Positions 8,894 through 16,195 of a DNA stretch of 29,031 bases are shown here, in pieces. The notes below the pieces were generated by a model that was given only the letters and a program-made list of their open reading frames with translations, was not told where the DNA came from and did no database searches. The translations under genes were made by a program, and so were the position numbers. Numbering within the stretch: position 1 is the first letter of the stretch; each line of letters starts with the position of its first letter. The DNA comes from Candidatus Helarchaeota archaeon (lineage in GTDB: Archaea > Asgardarchaeota > Lokiarchaeia > Helarchaeales > RDOG01). The stretch lies in the NCBI GenBank assembly GCA_029838215.1, contig JALGVI010000061.1, forward strand, positions 1 through 29,031. The letters run 5' to 3'.

Positions 8894-9325
8894 ATGGGAA
8901 AAGATACGAATAACAAGAAGCCGTCAAATCCCATTATTTCAATATCCATACCTGACTCGTTATTGGAAAAACTCGACACGATCATTAATGAACGGGGATA
9001 CTCATCAAGAAGCGAGGCGATTAGGGATTCGATTCGTGGATATATTAGCGATTATAATTGGGAGAGTAATCTTTCAGGCAATATAGATGTAATCATTGTA
9101 TTTACTTATGAAAAGACATCGAAGTTGGCAATTCACAAGATCTATGAGATCTTACACCAAGAAAAATACGATGAAATGATAGTTTCGAACCTTCATCTCC
9201 ATATAGAATCGGGTTGCATAGAGGTTCTCGTGGTGAAGGGCGATGCAAAATCGATAAGAGCTCTCCATGGTTCTCTTTCTGCTTTAAAAGAAATTAATTT
9301 GGTAAAAGTTTTACCCATTTCCTGA
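8894..9325 (+). CDS. nikR: Nickel-responsive ribbon-helix-helix regulator
   Basis: RHH motif ISISIPDSLLEKLD..I..RGYSSRSEAIRD; C-terminal ACT-like domain with H..HLH.....C Ni-ligand pattern. ATG 8894 preferred over 8849. Confidence 0.85.
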   Translation: MGKDTNNKKPSNPIISISIPDSLLEKLDTIINERGYSSRSEAIRDSIRGYISDYNWESNLSGNIDVIIVFTYEKTSKLAIHKIYEILHQEKYDEMIVSNLHLHIESGCIEVLVVKGDAKSIRALHGSLSALKEINLVKVLPIS

Positions 9326-9360
9326 ATATATTGAAGAAAAATTGGCATTTCCTGAGTATC

Positions 9361-10446
9361 ATGAAGTTTTCCAGGATCCTCATTCGTTATGGGGAAATTG
9401 CTTTGAAAAGCAAGCAAGTTCGGAAACGCATGGAAGAAAAGTTGCAGAGAAACTTACAGAAGCATTTATCTCATTTAAAAATTAGTTTCAAGATCAAGCG
9501 GTTACCCCTTCAAGGGCGATTATTTATAGAAGCCCCGGAACTCCAGCCTATCTTGGACGTTCTTCATCACGTGCTTGGGGTTGTTTCGTTCAGCCCCTGT
9601 TTTCAAACAAGCATTAATATGGACGATATTAAAGAAGCGGGACTGAGAATTGCGAGGTCTATCTTAAATCAAGATGAAAGCTTTGCAATTCGCGTGCGAA
9701 GGTCGGGTACACATGATTTTTCATCTCAAGAAGTGGCAAGAATCTTAGGAGAACACGTTCTTTCTAATCTAAAGAATCTAAACATCCGAGTTGATTTATC
9801 TAACCCACAAAAAACGATTCACGTTGAAATCAGGGATCAATCAACCTATCTTTTCTATAAAATATTCCGTGGAATAGGGGGGTTCCCGTTTGGTGTTCAA
9901 TCAGACCTCATCGCTATTATAAATGATGATTTGGAAGATTCATTAATTTCATCATTTCTCATGATGAGAAAAGGATGTCGCGTGTTTCCTCTAATATGCG
10001 AGGATGATCTATCACTTTGGGAGCAATATCTCGCTTGTTTAAAAAAATTCATCCCATCTAACGAGCTTACTTGCCATGTCATCTCAACACCCTCCGAATT
10101 TAACGTGATTCTACCGAAGGATAAATTAGCATTGCTCGTTAAACAAGCAGAACAATTAATCGATAGTATCAATGCCACGGGAATAGTAATTCCATTAAAT
10201 CTTTCAGGTAATGTAAATGAACAACTCGAAATCGTGTCATTCATCAACCAAGAGAAAAAAAGTCCTCGATTCTTTCCGTTGTTAGGAGTGACCGATGCAA
10301 TACGTGAAATCGTCCGAAGCATTCTCAAGTTGCCGAAGGAGAAAATCGGTCTGACTTCAGGACAGACTCGTGATTTAATCGTTAATAAATCAAAAAAAGG
10401 AAAAATTTCGGAGATTCCGTTAAGAATAAAAAAGTTAGTGCTTTAG
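9361..10446 (+). CDS. ThiI-like THUMP-domain protein with degenerate PP-loop
   Basis: ILIRYGEIALKS, GVVSFSP, SFAIRVRRSG.HDFSSQ, VDLSNP, GIGGFPFG follow the ThiI N-terminal and THUMP domains. SGGxDS is replaced by INDDLEDS. Confidence 0.85.
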   Translation: MKFSRILIRYGEIALKSKQVRKRMEEKLQRNLQKHLSHLKISFKIKRLPLQGRLFIEAPELQPILDVLHHVLGVVSFSPCFQTSINMDDIKEAGLRIARSILNQDESFAIRVRRSGTHDFSSQEVARILGEHVLSNLKNLNIRVDLSNPQKTIHVEIRDQSTYLFYKIFRGIGGFPFGVQSDLIAIINDDLEDSLISSFLMMRKGCRVFPLICEDDLSLWEQYLACLKKFIPSNELTCHVISTPSEFNVILPKDKLALLVKQAEQLIDSINATGIVIPLNLSGNVNEQLEIVSFINQEKKSPRFFPLLGVTDAIREIVRSILKLPKEKIGLTSGQTRDLIVNKSKKGKISEIPLRIKKLVL

Positions 10447-11301
10447 TTCTAAGCTTAGATGAGCTTGAAAAGAGTGCACTGAATGGATTAGATATCCCAA
10501 AGAAATGATATCCGGCTTTAACTTTGCGTATTCAATTAGATTATTTTCATTTATTCCGCCTGATAGTTCAATCAGGACTTTATTTCGTAGTTTATTTTTT
10601 TCCAGTTCTGTAATTACCCTTGAAGCATCCTCGGGTTCGAAATTATCAAGCATTAGAATGTCAATGTCATATTTTGCAGCTTTAATGGCATCTTCCATCG
10701 TTTCAACTTCGATTTCGATTTTTTTAGTAAAGGATTTTTTAGCCAAGACATTTTGTATGGCATTCTCAACACCGTTCATTGCCGCAATGTGATTATTCTT
10801 GATGAGAATCATGTCGCTCAGGTTAAATCGGTGAGTATCTCCCCCTCCCAGCCATACGGCTCGCTTTTCAAAATATTGAAATCCTGGAGTCACCTTTCTC
10901 GTGCATGCTACACGAGTCTTTGAGCTTATCTCTTGAACGATATTTACGGTCTCACGAGTTTTAGTGGCGATCCCACTCATTTTCATTATGAAATTAAGAG
11001 CAGTTCTTTCCCCCATCAAGACTTTATTTGGATCACCCTTCACAATTAGGACAGTCTGATCTTTTTCTACGGAAATGCCGTCCTTGGCACTTTCAAGGAC
11101 TTCAACTCCAGTAATTTCAAAAATGATCCTTGCTTCTTCTAATCCCGCTATGATTCCCTCTTGTTGCGTCAACACTCGAGCAATGCACTTTGAATCTTCT
11201 TCAAACATTATAGAAGTGATATCTCCGAACCCCAAATCTTCTTTAAGACATTCTATTAAACGATTCCATAAAATCTGCTTCGGTAAATACATCGTAATCA
11301 C
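10435..11301 (-). CDS. nadC: Nicotinate-nucleotide pyrophosphorylase (quinolinate phosphoribosyltransferase)
   Basis: EDLGFGDIT, ERTALNF, CTRKVTPG, GGGDTHRFNLSD.ILIKNNH, EIEVE, IMLDNF, SGGI. Start may be ATG 11292. Confidence 0.96.
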   Translation of the reverse strand: MITMYLPKQILWNRLIECLKEDLGFGDITSIMFEEDSKCIARVLTQQEGIIAGLEEARIIFEITGVEVLESAKDGISVEKDQTVLIVKGDPNKVLMGERTALNFIMKMSGIATKTRETVNIVQEISSKTRVACTRKVTPGFQYFEKRAVWLGGGDTHRFNLSDMILIKNNHIAAMNGVENAIQNVLAKKSFTKKIEIEVETMEDAIKAAKYDIDILMLDNFEPEDASRVITELEKNKLRNKVLIELSGGINENNLIEYAKLKPDIISLGYLIHSVHSFQAHLSLELKH

Positions 11302-11837
11302 TCACTAATCCTATTATGCTCATCTTTTAAATATTTAATTCTTGAGATGTTTCGGATCTTTTCTAATTCCTTAGTAATATTATCCCAATGATGTCCTTTC
11401 CAATAAATTTTGCCGCAAGTCCTTGTCTGACACACCCAGAATTCATCAAAATTTTCTAAAGATCCAAGGGGAACTCGATCGTTTACCACTTCCCTCGAGA
11501 CCACTTGTAGAATGCCATTACAGGCAGGACAGCGCGAAAAATTATTTGCACCAGAAATAAGTTTTTCTTTAAATTCGTATAACTCAGCTAGTTCAGCTAC
11601 TTCCTCTGAAGCTGACGGTCTATCTAAATACACGGAAACGACACCATCTCTCCGTGCCTTCTGAAAAAATGATTTGTCTTTCGTTAGTAAAATTCGGTCT
11701 TCTCTTTTTGCAATTTTTAACAAATCATCGTCTGTCACGTGAGGTGCGGCAGTATAAAAAGTGTCAAAACCTAAAATCCGCAACCATCTGGCCGTCTTGC
11801 CAAGCATGGCATCGCAGAGAAATTTCAAGGATTTCAT
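11298..11837 (-). CDS. Mut7-C RNase (PIN-like) domain protein with C-terminal Zn ribbon
   Basis: FLCDAMLGK.ARWLRILGFDT, DD, RILLTKD, SRCPACNG, C...CGKIYWKGHHW. Confidence 0.9.
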   Translation of the reverse strand: MKSLKFLCDAMLGKTARWLRILGFDTFYTAAPHVTDDDLLKIAKREDRILLTKDKSFFQKARRDGVVSVYLDRPSASEEVAELAELYEFKEKLISGANNFSRCPACNGILQVVSREVVNDRVPLGSLENFDEFWVCQTRTCGKIYWKGHHWDNITKELEKIRNISRIKYLKDEHNRISE

Positions 11838-12007
11838 TCTTCACGATCTTGCAATCTTGAATTTTTTATACTTTTAATATAGTCTTAATATAGTCAGGTT
11901 TTAAATAAAATTTTGAAAAAAATTCACTTTATTTGAAAAACAAATATAAATAGATAAAACAGCAATCATTAAGTAAATTCAATCAAAGGTTAAAAAAAGG
12001 TAGATGA

Positions 12008-12331
12008 GTGGACGGTACCGCTCTTACTCCTATATTTAACAGCAGCAACGGATGGATTAACTTGCCAAAAGAAAAAATAGATAAGGAAGATTTTATCAAA
12101 AAAGTTTACGAAAATGTCAATGATCTGAAGATTCCTTTAATTGATGAACGTTACTATAACAAGATCACGATGAAACCAGCACAAGTCAGCGTTTTCTTTA
12201 AATATGAAGGAGACGAAAAAGTAATTCGAGGATTTCTGGGGCTTGCCGACTATTTCAAAACAGTCGTCTTAAGGAAAAAGGAAACTTTTTACATTCCCGT
12301 AATGAACATGACCTTTGAGCTTTCGTGTTAA
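12008..12331 (+). CDS. Hypothetical protein (107 aa)
   Basis: Protein-like alpha/beta composition; fills a gap between divergent and convergent genes; followed by a T-tract. No family recognised. Confidence 0.7.
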   Translation: MDGTALTPIFNSSNGWINLPKEKIDKEDFIKKVYENVNDLKIPLIDERYYNKITMKPAQVSVFFKYEGDEKVIRGFLGLADYFKTVVLRKKETFYIPVMNMTFELSC

Positions 12332-12343
12332 AAATCCATAACC

Positions 12344-12360
12344 TTTTTTTCTTCTTTTCT
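12344..12360 (+). terminator. Possible archaeal oligo-T terminator
   Basis: TTTTTTTCTTCTTTTCT just after the 12331 stop. Confidence 0.4.
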
Positions 12361-12506
12361 TGCGAATTCGTAACGATCTTCAGCAATACTTATCTTCAGA
12401 AAATTAGTAAAATTTATTCAAAATCTAGTTTGGAGAAACTAAAAGAATTTTTTTTCAATTTTGATGAAAAAAGGAATAAAAAATAGTTCTTTGGATGAAT
12501 TTAAAT

Positions 12507-13157
12507 TCATCCGCCTTTCATTATACTCTTCAGGCGTTTTAATTCCTTCAACATTTCGTCCCGAAGACCTAATATTCCGCCCCCAGCAGGGGCTCCTGCA
12601 GGCTTAGGTGCAGAAGCCGCAGTCAAGGGAGATGCAGCCATAGGAGGTTTTACCATCGGAGGTCCCGCAGAGGGAGGCATTCTTGAAGGTCCGCCCACGG
12701 GTTTTGGGGGTCCCGCCATCGGTTTTGGAAGTCCACCCACGGGTTTTGGGGGTCCCGCCATCGGCTTTGGAGGTCCGCCCATCGGCTTTGGAGGTCCGCC
12801 CATCGGCTTTGGAGGTCCGCCCATCGGCTTTGGAGGTCCGCCCATCGGCTTTGGAGGTCCGCCCATCGGCTTCAATTGTGGCTCGACTTTTTGTCCCGTG
12901 AGAAGACTAATAAGCCGCGATCGTGAATCCACATCTTTAGAAGCCCGAAGTGTTGAGCGAAGTACACCAGCATCCATACCCGATCTTTCGGGAGCAGATA
13001 TGCCAAGATTTTGAAGGTCGGCACGGACTTTTTGAAGAGAATCCATTAGAGTATTAAGTGAAGAAGTAACATCATCTATAGTATCTTTAAAGTTATCTAG
13101 AGCATTATAGAGAAATCCTACTACACGTTCTATGACTTTTTCCTTATCTTCAACCAT
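12507..13157 (-). CDS. Coiled-coil / proline-rich repeat protein with C-terminal amphipathic (WH2/VASP-like) helix
   Basis: N-terminal heptad helix, nine KPMGGPP-type repeats, Pro/Ala linker, terminal GGILGLRDEMLKELKRLKSIMKGG. GGTGATG SD-like motif upstream. Confidence 0.8.
   Translation of the reverse strand: MVEDKEKVIERVVGFLYNALDNFKDTIDDVTSSLNTLMDSLQKVRADLQNLGISAPERSGMDAGVLRSTLRASKDVDSRSRLISLLTGQKVEPQLKPMGGPPKPMGGPPKPMGGPPKPMGGPPKPMGGPPKPMAGPPKPVGGLPKPMAGPPKPVGGPSRMPPSAGPPMVKPPMAASPLTAASAPKPAGAPAGGGILGLRDEMLKELKRLKSIMKGG
12685..12873. repeat. Intragenic 21-bp tandem repeat, 9 units
   Basis: Unit GGAGGTCCGCCCATCGGCTTT: four exact copies plus one single-mismatch copy at 12769-12873, and four degenerate copies at 12685-12768. 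Confidence 0.97.
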
Positions 13158-13490
13158 TACATCACCAAATATGTCTCTCTATTTCATCCATTGTACTTTA
13201 ATTACAAATGCTCGTGTGGAACCGACAATTTTTAATTAAACACTTTAACTTTTAAATACTTTTTCTGACCGAGAATCATCTCATCTTTCTCTTTATAAGT
13301 CGGACAGATGATTAAATTATTATAAGTCTTACTTTTTATTTTTTGCTTGAAATTGCCAAAAACAACTCCGTGAAAAATCTCTCGGCAGATTTTTTAGTTC
13401 TTTTTGGTTATCATGCTTGAAAAAAAACATATTTATATTCGAGAATAATCGTGTTCTCATAGCACTAAATCATGATAATCAAGAAAAATT

Positions 13491-14183
13491 ATGAGGATCC
13501 ATGCGGAGCGGATTTTCGTGGTCTATGATCGAATACAAAAAGTCAATCAAATTCAAATGAGAATCATTGATAATACCAACGATTACATGCGGAAAATACA
13601 TTCTGCCATACTAATTTTATCGGAAATGGTTGATGATTTGATAGATAACAATTCAGAAAACATACAAGATAAATTGAATCAAATCTCCCAATTCGAAAGA
13701 GAGGGAGAAGACATGAAAAATTACCTTTTCGATGAATTGGCAACTCCAGACCTTTTCCTACGACGTGGAGATTTTATGAGATTGGTGATAACAATAAACC
13801 AAATTGTCGATAAGATAGAAGGTACTGCATATCGGGTGAAGCGTTGTAAGAATTGGAAAATAAATGACAAGGTAGGGGCACAAGTTAAAAAAATAATGGA
13901 GACTCTCATCAAGCAAATACGAATAACTAAAGAAATGATCTTCACTTTGACACAAAATCCGAAAGAAACGCTGAAAAGAGTGAAAAATGTTTACGCTCTT
14001 GAGCAGGACATTGACAAGCTTCGGCGAGATCTAATGGAGGAGCTTTTTGATTTGGATATTGATACCAAGACACTCATGCAAGCTAGGGATCTTTTAGATG
14101 GTTTGGAAAACATTTCCAATTTATCTGAAAATGTGGCAGATGCAACACGCATTATTGCAGTTGGAAGAAGGGGTGCCCCCTGA
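13491..14183 (+). CDS. DUF47 / PhoU-like phosphate transport regulator family protein
   Basis: Two all-helical repeats with E.EGEDMK, RGDF, I.DKIE and E.DID.LRR motifs. Confidence 0.85.
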   Translation: MRIHAERIFVVYDRIQKVNQIQMRIIDNTNDYMRKIHSAILILSEMVDDLIDNNSENIQDKLNQISQFEREGEDMKNYLFDELATPDLFLRRGDFMRLVITINQIVDKIEGTAYRVKRCKNWKINDKVGAQVKKIMETLIKQIRITKEMIFTLTQNPKETLKRVKNVYALEQDIDKLRRDLMEELFDLDIDTKTLMQARDLLDGLENISNLSENVADATRIIAVGRRGAP

Positions 14184-14756
14184 GTGGTGAATGGGAAGGA
14201 CTCATCAAAAAAATCAAGAGTTCGGGCTGATTTAATCATTAACTCCGTAGTTGTTTTCAACATTGAAGATGGAAATGCTCTTTATAAAAATGGTTTTTAT
14301 GGCAAGCCACTAGGGATAAGAAAACCAAAGAATGCAGAATTTAATCGACCTTTGGAATTATCATTAATAGAAGCCTTCTATTTACTTGAAGAAGGTAAAA
14401 TTGAGATTTTTGAAGACGAAAAAATCCTTCAACTGGAAGAGTTCAAGCAAATTTCATTAAAATTTCATAAAAATTTTGATTCAAAATATTTGGTTTACAA
14501 AAATTTGAGAAAAAAAGGTTATGTTGTTCGTCCGGGGTTGAAATTTGGAGCTGATTTTGCGATCTATCAACACGGTCCGGGTATTGATCATGCACCATTC
14601 ATAATTCAAGTCTTACCAAACATGAATTCAATTTCTGCAATTGAAATGGTACGGGCGGGACGGCTTGCCACCAGTGTCCGCAAGAAGTTCATCATTGCCA
14701 CGATCCCTCTTCCGGACAAAATATCGTATTACATGTTCACGTGGTTTAAGCCCTGA
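14184..14756 (+). CDS. endA: tRNA intron endonuclease, catalytic single-unit subunit
   Basis: LELSLIEAFYL, YKNLRKKGYVVRPGLKFGADF.IY, GPGIDHA, GRLATSVRKK; Tyr-His-Lys triad present. Confidence 0.93.
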   Translation: MVNGKDSSKKSRVRADLIINSVVVFNIEDGNALYKNGFYGKPLGIRKPKNAEFNRPLELSLIEAFYLLEEGKIEIFEDEKILQLEEFKQISLKFHKNFDSKYLVYKNLRKKGYVVRPGLKFGADFAIYQHGPGIDHAPFIIQVLPNMNSISAIEMVRAGRLATSVRKKFIIATIPLPDKISYYMFTWFKP

Positions 14757-14840
14757 TCATCATAATTCCGCTTGATTCTTCGTTTTTAATAAGTTTTAAG
14801 ACCAACGTTTATCAGTAAAAATTTATATGAGTTTTCTAAT

Positions 14841-14864
14841 ACCAAATTTGCTAACCAAATTTGC
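14841..14864. promoter_or_regulatory. Direct repeat of ACCAAATTTGC containing the palindrome CAAATTTG, downstream of a TATA-like TTTATAT
   Basis: Copies at 14841-14851 and 14854-14864; TATA-like motif at 14822-14828; upstream of the 14920 gene. Confidence 0.35.
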
Positions 14865-14919
14865 CAAACGATTCTTATAGCTCATGTTTAAGTGAAAGAT
14901 GTAAGATATCGAACGAGGT

Positions 14920-15780
14920 TTGAAAATGTCAGAAGAACTCACTAAAAAGGTCAAGGATTTAGTCTTAGAATGGGGTGCTGATAAGGTCGGTATCGCGGAT
15001 GCGACATTGGCAGAGGACCCACCTCATGGTCATGGAGAGCCATTTAAGATCGTCAAATCTGCAAAATCGGCAATCGTTTACGTGCTAGCTTATCCTGACG
15101 GAGCTCTTGAAGTGGATCACACGGATGATCTCATTCACGGTGGTACTTTTGTTGCGGTTCAAAAAATGCTGAACGATGAACTTGAGAGGATAGGACTAAA
15201 GTTAGCGAGATATTTGGAAAAACAGGGTTACGATGCCACGCCGCTTGCACCTGAGCTCCCACGCGATGAGAAAAGATGGACTGGTGTGATGTCCCTCCGC
15301 TATTTAGGACAATTAGGAGGACTGGGAGAAGTTGGTCAGAGCAATCTTTTAGTCACGCCAGAATGGGGACCGAGAATTCAAATAGGTGCCGTTATCACGG
15401 ATGCGCCCTTACAGGAAGATGGTCCTGTTCTCATTGATAAAGTTTGCAAACACTGTAACAAATGCGTTGAAAAATGTCCACCACGGGCGATTTCTGCAGA
15501 GAATTATCCGCCTTACAATTATAATATTAACCGGTGCATGTGGGGCGTGAACGGGTGGTACAGGTTGACAAAAGTTGAAGAACCGCCTCGGGACTGGGTA
15601 GAAGCACGACCAACGGCTCAAATCATCATTCCAAAATATGAACGTCAATACCCGCAGATTAAAGAATATCAAGATTGGGAACAGCGTCTGGGATTTATTC
15701 CTTTATGTTGTGAATGCATGATCCATTGCACAGTAGGCGTAAAAGCCGCAGAAAAAAGACGTGCTAAAAAATCGGCTTAA
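14920..15780 (+). CDS. QueG / reductive-dehalogenase-like 2x[4Fe-4S] (probably cobalamin-binding) reductase
   Basis: GADKVGIA, S.RYLGQLGGLGEVG.SNLLVTPEWGPR.....VITD, CKHCNKCVEKCP and RC...CCECMIHC. Start may be ATG 14926. Confidence 0.82.
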   Translation: MKMSEELTKKVKDLVLEWGADKVGIADATLAEDPPHGHGEPFKIVKSAKSAIVYVLAYPDGALEVDHTDDLIHGGTFVAVQKMLNDELERIGLKLARYLEKQGYDATPLAPELPRDEKRWTGVMSLRYLGQLGGLGEVGQSNLLVTPEWGPRIQIGAVITDAPLQEDGPVLIDKVCKHCNKCVEKCPPRAISAENYPPYNYNINRCMWGVNGWYRLTKVEEPPRDWVEARPTAQIIIPKYERQYPQIKEYQDWEQRLGFIPLCCECMIHCTVGVKAAEKRRAKKSA

Positions 15781-15788
15781 GCCATTCC

Positions 15789-15795
15789 TTTTTTT
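15789..15795 (+). terminator. Possible oligo-T terminator
   Basis: T7 run 9 nt after the 15780 stop. Confidence 0.35.
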
Positions 15796-15838
15796 CTGTA
15801 TAGATCCTTTAAAAATAAAGAAAAAATTTAAAAAATAA

Positions 15839-16186
15839 TTAATCTTTGAATGTATCTTCTTTTAGTGTCTTCCAGCCTTCGTTATAGGAGAAAATCACCT
15901 TAATACCGAAAGCACCGAGTTCAATGATTATTAACACGATTCGCCAGATCCATGCTATCTCGGGCAGGAACGCCAAACCAGCTAATACTGTCGGATCCAA
16001 CCGTAGAAATAAGCTTGGAACGAGTAAAATTAATACAACAGATATAAGTAGTTCAAGCAGCACGTATAAGCTTTGCTTAGTCAATATCACGCCGATAATG
16101 TAGCTTACGAGAATTCCTAGCATTATTATTGCAAATAATAGATAGGCATCGATTGGAATGATACCCAATAACACGATAAAGCCCAT
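15839..16186 (-). CDS. Small integral membrane protein (about 3-4 TM helices)
   Basis: Nearly continuous hydrophobic segments; starts 10 nt after the upstream gene's stop. Confidence 0.75.
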   Translation of the reverse strand: MGFIVLLGIIPIDAYLLFAIIMLGILVSYIIGVILTKQSLYVLLELLISVVLILLVPSLFLRLDPTVLAGLAFLPEIAWIWRIVLIIIELGAFGIKVIFSYNEGWKTLKEDTFKD

Positions 16187-16195
16187 TTTTACACC

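Noticed and set aside
12685-12873. Regular short repeats as a CRISPR array
   Set aside because: Units are head-to-tail with no unique spacers, lie in frame within a CDS, and no cas genes are present.
12683-12901. Plus-strand ORF with (SALEVRP)n repeats
   Set aside because: Antisense shadow of the stop-free 21-bp repeat. The minus-strand gene has an SD motif and coherent flanking domains.
14184-14756. tRNA genes or bulge-helix-bulge introns near endA
   Set aside because: No cloverleaf-like or GC-rich structured RNA segment is visible in any intergenic region.
14920-15780. Gene symbol queG
   Set aside because: The fold family is supported, but the queuosine function is not: no que or tgt context, and the host is archaeal.
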